Below, piece by piece: positions 1 to 10,193 of a stretch of 64,000 nt of DNA. The position numbers and the translations under genes are program-made. Origin of the DNA: Candidatus Latescibacterota bacterium (GTDB lineage: Bacteria > Latescibacterota > UBA2968 > GCA-2709665); NCBI GenBank assembly GCA_965248435.1, contig OZ252100.1, positions 2,368,001 through 2,432,000 of the forward strand. Reading direction: 5' to 3'. The notes beneath the pieces are model-generated. The model had not been told where the DNA came from. It did no database searches and saw only the letters and a program-made list of their open reading frames with translations. Position 1 is the stretch's first letter; the number at the start of each line of letters is the position of its first letter.

Positions 1-186
1 CTCAAACCCTGGAACGGAAAGGACCTTATGGTCATGGTCAGGCGGGCGTTGGAGCACTACCAGTTGATTCAGGAGGGAAAGGTGCTGGTAGAAATGCTGG
101 ATATGGCCCTGCGTCAGCAGGAGGTCAAAGTCCGGGGACTCCAGGACCAGGTGCATCGCTACAAGAGAATATTGGGCATGGAATAG
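1..186 (+). CDS. Partial (3' end) response-regulator receiver protein with coiled-coil tail
   Basis: Frame 1 reads LKPWNGKDLMVMVRRALEHYQL...ILGME*; the KPW motif plus following helix is typical of a receiver-domain end; not in ORF track. Confidence 0.7.
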   Translation, partial: LKPWNGKDLMVMVRRALEHYQLIQEGKVLVEMLDMALRQQEVKVRGLQDQVHRYKRILGME

Positions 187-211
187 CCGGAAACAGCACC
201 GATTCAAAGAA

Positions 212-242
212 GGCCGGAGTGAACATTCCGGCCCATTTTTTT
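212..242 (+). terminator. Intrinsic terminator
   Basis: GGCCGGAGTG-AA-CATTCCGGCC hairpin followed by a T run, just after the stop at 186. Confidence 0.75.
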
Positions 243-359
243 GTACATAAGACTCGTCTTTTCAAACACTTACTGGTAATTATCTCGAAGGGCATTGACT
301 TTTGCAGATTTCTGCCGATTGTACGTAAGAGATGTTAAGTCTTTCTGAATTGAACTATC

Positions 360-1115
360 ATGAGAAATAATATGCGAGGCTACCCCTACCATATCCTTGG
401 CACCAGCGAGCGGGACGACTCCCTTTCCTACATGATCGATTGCCTTCTGAGGTCCCGAATCGAGACCGGCGAAGAGACCTCGGACGACGAAGACGTGAAT
501 GTCTATCTGTCCGCCCTTCTTCATTCCTTTCTGGACCGAACGTTTTATGTAAAGTATGGGGAGTTTCTCTCCTTCTACAACATCGACGTCTTTCAGTGGG
601 CGGAGGGAAGCGCCGATCTCAGGACCAAGTACCAGGTTTACAAGGGCAACGCAGACTTCGCGCTCGTCACGACCGGGATCTTCGAAGAGCCCATCAGTCG
701 GGCGTCGACCTGGGATGAAGCGGAGTGCGAAGTTGGATCAGCAGTCGAGCGCGGCAAACTCTACTACCGTTTCGCAAACGCCCACATAACGCGTCTTTCG
801 AGGAAAAGAACGGCGGTCGCGGAAGTGCTGGAAAAACTTTCGGACCGCTTTGAAACCTACCTGAAAATCCTCTCTCACATGCGCGGGACCTACCTGCACT
901 TGATGAGACGCCTCTCGAAGGGAGAACTGTTCCACCTCGAGCGAGAGGCCCAGCAGGGCGCGCGTTCAGGTCTGATTCAGGAGGGGCGGGATAGCTTCCT
1001 GGATGCGTATGCGGACTGGCTCAATTCCGGTTCTGACTTGGATCGCCAGAAAGTGAATTCCCGGGCCGATGAGCTTTCCGAGATCGATCCCACGTTCCAA
1101 TTCGACGGCATCTGA
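360..1115 (+). CDS. Hypothetical all-helical protein (start may be ATG 372)
   Basis: 251-aa ORF with natural composition, bounded by terminators; no recognised domain. Confidence 0.75.
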   Translation: MRNNMRGYPYHILGTSERDDSLSYMIDCLLRSRIETGEETSDDEDVNVYLSALLHSFLDRTFYVKYGEFLSFYNIDVFQWAEGSADLRTKYQVYKGNADFALVTTGIFEEPISRASTWDEAECEVGSAVERGKLYYRFANAHITRLSRKRTAVAEVLEKLSDRFETYLKILSHMRGTYLHLMRRLSKGELFHLEREAQQGARSGLIQEGRDSFLDAYADWLNSGSDLDRQKVNSRADELSEIDPTFQFDGI

Positions 1116-1136
1116 CCCGTCTGGCGTAAACGAATC

Positions 1137-1169
1137 AAGGCCGAAGCGGAATCCCGCTTCGGCCTTTTT
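1137..1169 (+). terminator. Intrinsic terminator
   Basis: AAGGCCGAAGCGG-AATC-CCGCTTCGGCCTT followed by TTT. Confidence 0.85.
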
Positions 1170-1247
1170 GTTCGTCAAATATTGTCCACTGTGCCTCGGT
1201 GCACATTTCGCGTTACCCGAAGCTCTGAATAAACTACGGTGATCTAC

Positions 1248-1358
1248 TTTGAAACCCCCCTCAAACCCTCCCTCGACTCGCAAGCTCGCTCACCTCGATA
1301 CGGCCCTACGGGCCTACTCGATGCAGGCGGGACAGGCCTTTTTCAAAGGGGGAAGATT
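1248..1358. repeat. Half copy of CCCCCTTT-N3-AAAGGGGG palindromic element carrying nested inserts (B 1269-1336 containing C 1291-1327)
   Basis: Near-identical to 51540-51649; removing the inserts restores CCCCCTTT-TTC-AAAGGGGG. Confidence 0.85.
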
Positions 1359-1484
1359 CTTCTTTTTTTTGCGGTACCCGTGTTTTGATTCCCCCGGGGC
1401 GACGCTTGCGTCGCACCTAAACCGTCAGGTCTCTGTAGCCGATCTACCGTATCCGGTACCCGGTCTTTCCGATCCACGATCTAA

Positions 1485-1551
1485 GGAGTTTTGAAAGCCG
1501 TCTTGAGACGGTAACGTAGATCTTCAACTGGGATTCGGCTTTCAAAACTCC
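1485..1551. repeat. 16-bp perfect inverted repeat with 35-nt spacer (MITE-like)
   Basis: GGAGTTTTGAAAGCCG (1485-1500) ... CGGCTTTCAAAACTCC (1536-1551). Confidence 0.7.
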
Positions 1552-1613
1552 ACTACTCAGAGTTCGGACCGCTTTCCTTCTTGCGCTTAATCAGAATCCA
1601 CGATTCCACGGCT

Positions 1614-2510
1614 TTACGGCCTTCGTTTGCGCTTGCCCAGATAGTTGTAAAGCGCCGTGTCAAACGGTTCTTCGACATCCAGGGCAACGTAATCGATCAG
1701 GCTTTTTCTGCATTCCTTCCTGAATCGGTGCATCGTCTCCTGCACGGAAGCGCGGTACTCTGCCGCGACTTGCCAGGGTTCCGTTGACACGCTGGCACCC
1801 GATTCGAGATCTACGAACTGGGTCTCACGATCGAAGGCGAAATCTCGCTCCATCGGATCAAGAATGTGGAATACGATCACTTCGTGTTTCCTGTGCCTGA
1901 AGTGTTTGAGGCCTGAAAGTGCGCGATCAGGGTCATCCAGCAGGTCCGACAGGACAATAATCAGTCCCCGACGGACAACGCGCTCTGCAAGGTTGTGGAA
2001 CGATCCGGCCAGGTTGGTATCCGAGCCTTCGGGACGTGCTCTACTCAGGGCTTGAAGCAGCGTGTTCAGGTGGCTTCCTCGAGACCGGGGGGGGACATAC
2101 TCACGCATCTGTTCGTCAAAAACCATCAGACCCACGGCATCACGCTGCCGGAGCATCAAATGAGCAAGAGACGCTGCGAGGTAGGTCGCGTATTGGAACT
2201 TCGTGAGATCGCCCGAGCCATAGGCCATAGACCCACTCGTGTCCAGAAGGAGATAGGCCTTGAGGTTCGTTTCCTCTTCGTACTGTTTCACATACAGTCG
2301 ATCCGATTTGCCGAAAACCTTCCAATCGATGTCTCGCGTAGCGTCTCCCGGCATGTAGGGTCGGTATTCGGAAAACTCGACAGAAAAGCCGTGATAGGGG
2401 CTTTGATGAAGCCCTGTGATGAAGCCTTCCACGACAAGTCGCGCGACCAGATCCAGCCTCGACAGCCGGGCCACGACCTCGGGCTTGAGATATTCTCGAA
2501 CGTCAGGCAC
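1614..2510 (-). CDS. DUF58 family protein (vWA-like, MoxR-associated)
   Basis: G-H-S-P-Y-H-G-F-S-V-E-F-S-E-Y-R-P-Y, DIDWKV and LLLDTSGSM motifs; directly downstream of moxR. Confidence 0.92.
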   Translation of the reverse strand: MPDVREYLKPEVVARLSRLDLVARLVVEGFITGLHQSPYHGFSVEFSEYRPYMPGDATRDIDWKVFGKSDRLYVKQYEEETNLKAYLLLDTSGSMAYGSGDLTKFQYATYLAASLAHLMLRQRDAVGLMVFDEQMREYVPPRSRGSHLNTLLQALSRARPEGSDTNLAGSFHNLAERVVRRGLIIVLSDLLDDPDRALSGLKHFRHRKHEVIVFHILDPMERDFAFDRETQFVDLESGASVSTEPWQVAAEYRASVQETMHRFRKECRKSLIDYVALDVEEPFDTALYNYLGKRKRRP

Positions 2511-2516
2511 GGCGGA

Positions 2517-3491
2517 TCAGGTCTCCTCCATCAGCCTGTTGATCACGTCGACTGCCGAGATCCCCTCCGCTTCGGCGTTAAAGCTGGTAATCACCCGGTG
2601 ACGCAGAACTGGAACGGCGGCTGAACGGACATCCCCGATGGAGGCCGCGTAGCGCCCGTCCAGGACGGCCCGCGCCTTGGCCGCCAGGATAAGATACCGC
2701 GAGGCCCTCGGACCCGCACCCCAGCTGACCTGTTCCTTGATGTAGGAAGGGGCGTCCGGAGCCGTCGGGCGCGTCTTGCGAACGAGACCCACCGCGAAAT
2801 CGATCACGTGGTCTGCGACCGGCACCTTCCGGATGAGCCCTTGAAGCTCTACCACCTCCTGCGAATTCAGCACCCGCTGGATCTCGGCCGTATAGTCGCC
2901 GGTGGTGGTCTGGACGATCCGTTTCTCTTCCTCCTCGGACGGATAATCGATCCAGAGGTTGAAGATGAACCGATCCAGCTGCGCTTCTGGAAGAGGGTAG
3001 GTGCCCTCCTGTTCGATCGGGTTCTGAGTAGCCAGGACGAAGAACGGTTCCTGAAGTCGAAACGTTTCCCCTCCGGCAGTCACCTCGTGCTCCTGCATGG
3101 CTTGTAGCAGTGCGGCCTGAGTCTTCGGGGGCGTGCGGTTGATCTCATCAGCGAGGATGATGTTTGCGAAAATCGGGCCCTTCACGAAACGGAAGGATTT
3201 GTGCCCGTCATCCCCCTCCAGAATCTCTGTCCCGGTGATATCAGAAGGCATCAGATCCGGCGTGAACTGGATCCTGCTGAACGTCAGATCGAGCGCTCGA
3301 GCAAGAGTACTGATCAGAAGCGTCTTTGCAAGTCCGGGCACACCCACCAGCAAACCGTGGCCTCCACAGAGAAGGGCGATCAGCAGCTGATCGACGATCT
3401 CTCTCTGCCCCACAATGATCTTCCCGATCTCTTCGACGATGCGTGTGCGCGCATCCCTCAGTCTCTCTACAGCCTTGATGTCATCTGGCAA
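2517..3491 (-). CDS. moxR: MoxR family AAA+ ATPase
   Basis: GVPGLAKT Walker A, RIQFTPDLMPSDITG, ILADEINRTPPKTQAALL, ATQNPIEQEGTYPLPEAQLDRF. Confidence 0.95.
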   Translation of the reverse strand: MPDDIKAVERLRDARTRIVEEIGKIIVGQREIVDQLLIALLCGGHGLLVGVPGLAKTLLISTLARALDLTFSRIQFTPDLMPSDITGTEILEGDDGHKSFRFVKGPIFANIILADEINRTPPKTQAALLQAMQEHEVTAGGETFRLQEPFFVLATQNPIEQEGTYPLPEAQLDRFIFNLWIDYPSEEEEKRIVQTTTGDYTAEIQRVLNSQEVVELQGLIRKVPVADHVIDFAVGLVRKTRPTAPDAPSYIKEQVSWGAGPRASRYLILAAKARAVLDGRYAASIGDVRSAAVPVLRHRVITSFNAEAEGISAVDVINRLMEET

Positions 3492-3610
3492 GGCGACGAC
3501 TCCGATCCTGTTTCCTGTGGAATTTCGTGCTATTTCGTGGTTTGTCTCTCAATCCGAGATCCGCGATTGATTTTTGGTACCCGTGTCTTGAATTCCCGGT
3601 ACCCGGTCTT

Positions 3611-4879
3611 CTACGTTTTGCGTTTCTCCTTTCGGGCAGCTGGAAACAGAACATTGTTCAGAATCAGCCGATAACCCGGGGAACTTCTGTGTAGCGCGAG
3701 TTGTGTTGGTGGATCGCCCACATAATGCTGATAGTCCTCAGGATCGTGTCCGGCGTAGAATGTAAACGTACCCCGCCCGACATTCCCGTGGATGTACTTC
3801 ACCCAATCCGTTCCGGTCAGTTCTCCTAGAATCGTAACGTGCTTTTTGATCCGATGTCTGCGGAAGGCGGTCGTCTGTCCCATGAAACCTGGAACGACGG
3901 GAAGGTGATTCTGAGTGAGCATGGTGGGCACAGGGTCATACTTTGCCGAAAATTCGAAAAGCGTGAAGGCTTCGGCGTCTGGACCGCCAAGCCTGCCCCG
4001 CTCATCGGGGGAAAGGTCGATGTCAGAGAACTCGTACTCATCCGGATCCATAACAAGCTGAAATTTTTCGAACGCCACCGTTCTCGAGAAGTCCAGCTTC
4101 AGCTGTGCCTTTCCCTCCGGAGGATCCCCATCGTAGATGCTGTCTACGATGTCAACCCCGGTAGCAGCCAAGGCAATATCAAACGTATCCGTGGCGGAGC
4201 ACATCGCGAAAATGAACCCGCCTCCCTTTATATACTCGAGAATTGCCTGAGCGACCGCACCCTTCTCGACAGAAACCTTGGCATATCCAAGGCTGGCCGC
4301 AAGGGCTTCAAACTGAACCTGTTGTTGACGGTACCAGAGCTGGTGTCCGTGGCTCCGGTAAAACTTCCCGAACTGTCCCGTAAAGTCTTCGTGATGGAGG
4401 TGTAGCCAGTCATAGTCCGACAGCTTGCCCGAGAGGACTTCGACATCCCACAGCGTATCATACGGAATCTCGGAATATGTGAGCGCGAGCGTGACGGCGT
4501 CGTCCCACGGCTGTTTGTTTGATGGGGTATAGACCGCAATCTTCGGGGCCTTCTCCAGCTGCACCCGATCCATGTTCGCTTCTTCCATCTCCGCAAATAT
4601 CTGTGCTGCTTGTGCGTCGCTGATCGTCAGCGCGGTCACGTCGCGCAGTCGCGACTCGTCTACGACGGCCTCTACCGCGTCTGTCAGGAAGGCACCTCCA
4701 CGGTAGTTGAGAAGCCACTCCACGGTGAGGCCGCGCTGTAGGGCCCAGTAGGCGACACCGTATGCCTTCAAGTGATCCGTCTGAGCCAGGTCCATCGGGA
4801 TGAGCAGCTTCCCCGCCAAAGCGGGAATGGTCTCAAGTAGGATGCCGGCTGATAAGAGCAGAATTCTGAGGACGGCCAT
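3611..4879 (-). CDS. Conserved secreted protein, class I glutamine amidotransferase-like fold (family recalled as often labelled 'asparagine synthetase B' in FCB genomes)
   Basis: Signal peptide; LIPMD..Q..HLKAYG, WDDAVTLALTY, DWLHLHHEDFTGQ, GGFIFAMCSATD motifs. Confidence 0.75.
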   Translation of the reverse strand: MAVLRILLLSAGILLETIPALAGKLLIPMDLAQTDHLKAYGVAYWALQRGLTVEWLLNYRGGAFLTDAVEAVVDESRLRDVTALTISDAQAAQIFAEMEEANMDRVQLEKAPKIAVYTPSNKQPWDDAVTLALTYSEIPYDTLWDVEVLSGKLSDYDWLHLHHEDFTGQFGKFYRSHGHQLWYRQQQVQFEALAASLGYAKVSVEKGAVAQAILEYIKGGGFIFAMCSATDTFDIALAATGVDIVDSIYDGDPPEGKAQLKLDFSRTVAFEKFQLVMDPDEYEFSDIDLSPDERGRLGGPDAEAFTLFEFSAKYDPVPTMLTQNHLPVVPGFMGQTTAFRRHRIKKHVTILGELTGTDWVKYIHGNVGRGTFTFYAGHDPEDYQHYVGDPPTQLALHRSSPGYRLILNNVLFPAARKEKRKT

Positions 4880-6703
4880 CTAGCCTGCTTCCCGTGAAGG
4901 GGGTTCGACTTCTCTTAGCCTCTTCTTGAGGGTTCTGAGCCGGACCCTGGCTTCGTCCGCTTCCAGGCTGAGGGGGTATTCGGACATCAACGCCTCGTAA
5001 ACCCGGAGCGCCTCGTGGAACTGCCCCAACCGGTCTTCGTAGACGCGTGCCTGTGCGATCAGGGCAAGAGGACAGAGGGGACTCCGCGGTGTTTCCCTTA
5101 TGAGTCGCCTCCAGGTCTGGAGCACTTCGGTGTAACGACCCGACGCTTCCAGAATTCCGGCCATCGTAGCCATAACACGGTCTCGGAGCTCCCACGGAGG
5201 CGTCCTCGCCAGCAAACCCTCCAGCGCCTCCACGGTACTTACGCGCTGACCCGTTCGATCCAGTCCCACAGCGACGGCGTAGGCCTTCAACGCCACACTA
5301 TCTCCACGTCCACTCTCGATCAGAGCGGCCAGCTCCAGTGCATCGTTCAGCGCGTAATTCGTCGCTCGGCCCGACAGAAGATGTTTCAACGCATCCAGGG
5401 CATCCTCGAAGTCACCCGTGAGGAATCGAACGTCCGCAATCCGGAAGCGGGCCTCGTCGCGATCCTCCGGGTTGCCTTCTTCGGCGATCACAGCGTAGGC
5501 CTTCTCTGCCTTCCCGAACTGTCCGAGGCTGGTTTTTTTCTCTGCAACCTTGAAAAGCACCTTGAAGCGCCACGGGCTTCGGCCCCCCGAATCCGCGAGG
5601 GATTGAAACAGTTCCGTTGCTGCCGCCGAGTCCCCGTAGGATTGGAGCATCAGGTCTCCAAGTCGATAGCTGGCCTCATCCGCCTCTGAACGGCCCGCGT
5701 ATCTTTCCATCACGCGGGTGTAGAGTTGACGGGCCTCGTCGGTAAGACCACGGCCAGCCTGTGCGCGAGCGAGCCCGAGCAGTACCCTCGACATCACGAT
5801 CGGATCCCCGAACCGGTCCAGCAGGGTTTGATAGGCCGTCGACGCGGTCTCGTACGCTTCACGTTCCAGAGAGAGCGCGGCAATCCGGGTAACGAGGGAC
5901 CGGTGGCGGGGCGTCCCCCTCAAGTGCGGTATCAAGACCTCCAGCGCGCGACTCGTGTGCCCTGACTGGAGTTCGTACTCCACCAGGAGCCTCAGACGCA
6001 AATCGTCATCGGGATGCGCCAGGACCTCTTCCCGCAGGAGCAGGAAGATTTCTTCCTGCTCATCAGCCTCTTTGGCGAACTTTTTCAGGCGCGAGTCGAC
6101 GAGTCGGAAATGGCTCGGACTTTCCTCGAGCAGGCGGAGGTACTCGGCGACGGCCTGCGGAAAACGGGCCTGGCGCTCGGCAAGCTCGGCAAGCTCCCTC
6201 GCAAATAATGCCGGACGACCGAACTCGCTGCGGCCCTTCCGGTAGATTCGGTCTGCCTCCGCAAAGAGATTGTGCTTGCGAAACCGCTCAGCTACAAGGG
6301 CGTAGGCCCCGGGTCGTTTTCTGCCGAGCAGAATGCCTTCCCACCGCTGGACCGCCTCCTCCCTGCGGCCCAGGGCATACAGGGCGTCGCCAAGTCTGGA
6401 GAGCGCCGTTACATCTTTGGGAGCCTTTTCTATCCTGGCTTCAAGAAGATCCACGACCTCTTCAAATCGGCCGCCTGTTGAAAGCGCGCCCGCCAGGCGA
6501 TACAGGATGTCTTTCCGTCTCGGGTGTTCGGAATGAAGACTGCGGTAGATCGCGATGGCCGCTTCCACCTTCCCCGAGGCCTCCAGCGCAGCCGCCTCGG
6601 TAAGCGCGCGACGGAACTCCAGGGCACCTGCCCACACCGTGTTCGTCAGGAGCAGAACCATGACTGCCGTTGCGGCCCACCGCAAACTTTGTCTAACTTG
6701 CAC
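4880..6703 (-). CDS. Secreted tetratricopeptide-repeat protein (probable GTG start 6703; ORF extends to 6766)
   Basis: Signal peptide ending VWA, multiple TPR helical pairs; AAGGA upstream of GTG; the longer N-terminus overlaps a repeat element. Confidence 0.85.
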   Translation of the reverse strand: MQVRQSLRWAATAVMVLLLTNTVWAGALEFRRALTEAAALEASGKVEAAIAIYRSLHSEHPRRKDILYRLAGALSTGGRFEEVVDLLEARIEKAPKDVTALSRLGDALYALGRREEAVQRWEGILLGRKRPGAYALVAERFRKHNLFAEADRIYRKGRSEFGRPALFARELAELAERQARFPQAVAEYLRLLEESPSHFRLVDSRLKKFAKEADEQEEIFLLLREEVLAHPDDDLRLRLLVEYELQSGHTSRALEVLIPHLRGTPRHRSLVTRIAALSLEREAYETASTAYQTLLDRFGDPIVMSRVLLGLARAQAGRGLTDEARQLYTRVMERYAGRSEADEASYRLGDLMLQSYGDSAAATELFQSLADSGGRSPWRFKVLFKVAEKKTSLGQFGKAEKAYAVIAEEGNPEDRDEARFRIADVRFLTGDFEDALDALKHLLSGRATNYALNDALELAALIESGRGDSVALKAYAVAVGLDRTGQRVSTVEALEGLLARTPPWELRDRVMATMAGILEASGRYTEVLQTWRRLIRETPRSPLCPLALIAQARVYEDRLGQFHEALRVYEALMSEYPLSLEADEARVRLRTLKKRLREVEPPSREAG

Positions 6704-6727
6704 CGATCCGGTCCTTGTGGTTTGAAT

Positions 6728-6850
6728 CCCGTATCTCGTGAAGCGTATCGCGTCGAATCTATTCATGGATACAGAATGCGTATTCCGACGGGCCGTGATG
6801 AAACCGAGGTGATGTGCCTCGAGATACGAGATACTTGATACGAGATACGA
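6728..6850. repeat. GAGATAC-heptamer inverted-arm element
   Basis: Left arm CCCGTATCTCGTGAAGCGTATCGCGTC, right arm GAGATACGAGATACTTGATACGAGATACGA; second copy at 29176-29272. Confidence 0.65.
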
Positions 6851-6852
6851 TC

Positions 6853-9800
6853 CTAAGGATTCCCGTCTCGCCTCGAGGCTTCTTCGATAAGGTTCTCGAA
6901 GTAACGCCGGATAAGCTGATGATACTCTGGGGGAAACCCCTCGTTGAGGGCCTGCTGCAGCCGTTCACGGAGTGGGTTGTCCGACGCGCCCAGATCCGCG
7001 GGTAGAGTTCCGGGCCCGCGATAGGCAAGGTCCAGGCCCTGCCTGGCCTCTCGCTTCTTACTCCAGCCCTGCTTCCGGAGAGAGCGCTGCGCGTCCAGCA
7101 TCCTGGACAGGATGCGTTCCTGTCGCTTCAATACCGGGGCCGAGGGTCGCCCCTGCTCGAGCGCCCTGGCCACCGATCCCATCTCAGAAGCGACCTGTCC
7201 CATGTCGCCCACGACCTTTTGCCGTTCTGCCCCCAGTTTTCGCCAGAGGGCATCCAGGGCCTCCTGGATGGCCAGCTGCTCGGCGGCCAATTGTTGAAAG
7301 TCCAGCCCGGGTCCGAGGGCTCCGGCGCCGGGAGCACGCGACGCAAGCCCCTCCGTTCGGGCGTTCACGCCCCCCTGCTGTTCGGCGAGCTCACCCAGCT
7401 TTTCCATCATCTCCTCGAACCCGAGGGCAGAAGCTGCCGAAGCCAGCTCGGCGATCGCCTGGCGAAGCACGAGCCCTGTTGTGTTCAGGGCGCCCATGGC
7501 TTCGCGGGCTCGTCTCTCGGCGTTCGTGGACTGCCGGTTTTCGATGGAATGGGCCGCTTCCCCCATCTTCAGAAGGGCGTTTCCCAGTGCCGCACCGGCC
7601 TCGGCGGGTACGAAGAAGGTCTTCCCTGAAGTTTGAAGAAGCCGTTCTGCGGTCCGGCTCGCGCCAGAGAGGATGCGTGCCTGTTTCAGTCCGAGCGGGG
7701 CTGTGTCTTCTCCCCGCGATATGTCTTCGGCCTGCCTGGAGACGTCCTCCTGTGAATGGGAGAGAGAAATCAGCTCGCGAAGTGCGCGTTTGAGTTCCCC
7801 TGCCACTTCCGACTTCCGTCTGTTCTGAAACGTCTGCCGCACCTCTCGAAGTCTTTGACCCAGATCTCGGACATCCTTTGAAATCTCCTGGCCGAGTTTG
7901 CCTGCTGACGCCCTCGATCCCTGCCTGAGTTGCCTGCTCACCTCCGCCATGCGTCCAGGAACCGCTTTCTCTTCAAACTGGGAAGCGATTCTATTCAGCT
8001 CTTCTCCGGTGGGCTGCGTTTCCGCCATCTCGCTGGCGGCGCGTGCCAATTCATCCCTGACGCGCTCTGCATCCTGCCGCAGAAAGTCTTCCCGATCGGC
8101 CTGCCGCACGACGTCTGCACCGCCGTCCAGACGGCGGACCAGGTCCTCCTGGCCCTCTGCCAGTTTCTCCGTGGCGTGAACCAGCCCATCCAGGATCTGT
8201 TCCTGGCGCAGGCGCTTGAGCAGTGCGATCGTCCGATCCAGGTTGCGCCGAAAGGCCTCCCCCTCCGCCTGAAACGACTCGATCGCTTCACGGACAGAGG
8301 CACGATCCACATCTTCGAGGGCCTTCTGGAGGGCCTGCGCCGCCTTTTTGAGCGCAGGACTTTCGACCTGACTCAGAAGTTCGCGAACCTCCTGAAGTTT
8401 CTCGAGCGTCTCGACAGCGGCAAACCCACTCTTCTCGAGCCGTTCGAGAGTTTCCTCCAGTTTTTGAACGACCCGCTCGATCCGCTTACCCAGCTCCCTC
8501 TGCGCTTCAACGCCGGTCTCCAGTTCCTTACGCTCCTGCCACTCCAGACGCGCTTCCCTCGCGAGCTCTCGCTCGGCCTGTTCAAGGTGCTCCTGAAGGT
8601 CCCTGCTCGCCTCTTGGATCCGTTCGAGCTCCTCTATCCCCTCATCCTGACTTCGCGCCGCTTCCTGCATAAAGTCCACGAGTGAAGGAAACCTCAGGTT
8701 CAGCCGCCTGGATTCACCCATCCCCGGTCCTGAAACATCATTGTTGTCCCAGACGCGAACGAGAAAACTCACCACGTCTCCCGGGAGCAGGTCCATCTCA
8801 CTCAGATCCCAGGCGATTTGCTCGGTCATCTCTCTGGCGCCAGGCGCTCCTAACGCGATCGGGAGCGTCCGGTCCTTTTCCCTATCCGAGATCCGATATC
8901 GAATCTCCATCCTGGATACCCCGTAGTCGTCGTAAGCCTCAACGAGCAGGGGAACCCGCATCTTCTCGTCCAGCTCAGAATCCTTACGGGGCTGGAGGAT
9001 CTTTACCTCCGGCCTGCGGTCCTGGATTGCAGCAATCCGGTATTCAGACGACCCCCGGTTCGGGGTCCCCAGGGAGTCCCGCAACACGATCTTATATCTT
9101 CGGTCTCTGTCCACCTCGAGTTGCCACTCCGAAAACGCCGCTTCGATCCTGCCCGGCAATCGTTCTCCATCGGCGAAGTCCAACCTCGCAGACATCAGCG
9201 GGCGGCTTGCCTCCACAGTCAAGTTCACCACCGTTCCGGACGGGGCCGCGACGTCCCTCTCCTCTGTCTCCACACGTTCGGACAACCCGGTGTAGGGCGG
9301 ATATCGGAGGACGAGCCGTGTGGCGATAACCCTCGGACGTGTGATGACCGCGACTCGATAGACCGGCGTCTCTGCGTCATTGGCCTGAAGCCGGTAGGAA
9401 AACGCTCGCGTGACGGATCCGAACCGATGCGCTGCCCGACTCCGGCGCACCGCCAGCTCGATCGGAGTCCAGCCGTCCATCTCTGTCTGCCGCACCAGCA
9501 GCTGACACTCGGTCGGAACCACCCCGGCCAGATCTGCCTCAATCTCGAAAGGTTCTCCGGCGATGACTCGGGCGCTTCCAGGCCTGAGATCTATTTGTGT
9601 ATCGGCAGGTCGATCGTATGCAGTTCGCGGATTTCCAAGACGCATTGCGGCCCGGGTCACGGTCGAAGGCCAAAACCCGAAGGCGCCCAGGGCCAGCAGG
9701 AGCATCGCGGCGAAGAAGATCGCTGCCCGGAAGGGCCGAGACCGGTCTACGAGTTCGCTCAGGTCCATCCCTTCAGACACCTTCTCAGTCTGAATCGCAG

Positions 9801-10188
9801 CCGCCTCAATCAGCTCGGTCGAGTGAAACGCGCTTGCCTTTCCTTTCCAGAGCTGGAGGACACTGATCAATCGCTGCTCAAGACCCCCGAAGTGGCTCTC
9901 CACTCGGAGGGCGAGCGCCTCGAGCGTCGGGGGTGAGAAAAGCGGGTAAAGAACGAGGCGTCCGGTCAGACCAAGGAGGGCCACGCCGCCTCCTACCTCC
10001 AGCAGAAGTTTCGTGGCGGGCCCGAGGTAGAACACGGCCTCCAGGAGAATCAGGAGCAGCGTCAACGCCACGCCAAAGGCGACGAGAACGCACAGGCCGG
10101 TCAGGACCTGAAAAACCGTCTCCCTTCGTCGCAGCAAACGAAGCCGCTCGATGAGCCCCTTGTAGGCCGCCTCAGCAGAATCAGTCAT
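6853..10188 (-). CDS. DUF4175-like membrane-anchored long coiled-coil protein
   Basis: Three N-terminal TM helices, Ig-like middle (AYDDYGVS, VWDNNDVSGPG), coiled-coil C-terminus ending PPEYHQLIRRYFENL. Confidence 0.85.
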   Translation of the reverse strand: MTDSAEAAYKGLIERLRLLRRRETVFQVLTGLCVLVAFGVALTLLLILLEAVFYLGPATKLLLEVGGGVALLGLTGRLVLYPLFSPPTLEALALRVESHFGGLEQRLISVLQLWKGKASAFHSTELIEAAAIQTEKVSEGMDLSELVDRSRPFRAAIFFAAMLLLALGAFGFWPSTVTRAAMRLGNPRTAYDRPADTQIDLRPGSARVIAGEPFEIEADLAGVVPTECQLLVRQTEMDGWTPIELAVRRSRAAHRFGSVTRAFSYRLQANDAETPVYRVAVITRPRVIATRLVLRYPPYTGLSERVETEERDVAAPSGTVVNLTVEASRPLMSARLDFADGERLPGRIEAAFSEWQLEVDRDRRYKIVLRDSLGTPNRGSSEYRIAAIQDRRPEVKILQPRKDSELDEKMRVPLLVEAYDDYGVSRMEIRYRISDREKDRTLPIALGAPGAREMTEQIAWDLSEMDLLPGDVVSFLVRVWDNNDVSGPGMGESRRLNLRFPSLVDFMQEAARSQDEGIEELERIQEASRDLQEHLEQAERELAREARLEWQERKELETGVEAQRELGKRIERVVQKLEETLERLEKSGFAAVETLEKLQEVRELLSQVESPALKKAAQALQKALEDVDRASVREAIESFQAEGEAFRRNLDRTIALLKRLRQEQILDGLVHATEKLAEGQEDLVRRLDGGADVVRQADREDFLRQDAERVRDELARAASEMAETQPTGEELNRIASQFEEKAVPGRMAEVSRQLRQGSRASAGKLGQEISKDVRDLGQRLREVRQTFQNRRKSEVAGELKRALRELISLSHSQEDVSRQAEDISRGEDTAPLGLKQARILSGASRTAERLLQTSGKTFFVPAEAGAALGNALLKMGEAAHSIENRQSTNAERRAREAMGALNTTGLVLRQAIAELASAASALGFEEMMEKLGELAEQQGGVNARTEGLASRAPGAGALGPGLDFQQLAAEQLAIQEALDALWRKLGAERQKVVGDMGQVASEMGSVARALEQGRPSAPVLKRQERILSRMLDAQRSLRKQGWSKKREARQGLDLAYRGPGTLPADLGASDNPLRERLQQALNEGFPPEYHQLIRRYFENLIEEASRRDGNP

Positions 10189-10193
10189 ATCGC

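Noticed and set aside
290-305. Second sigma54 promoter (GGGCATTGACTTTTGC)
   Set aside because: GG-GC spacing is off by one base
1249-1494. Similar short ORFs at 1249 and 51573 (LAHLDTALRAYS...)
   Set aside because: They are translations of the nested repeat element, not a gene family
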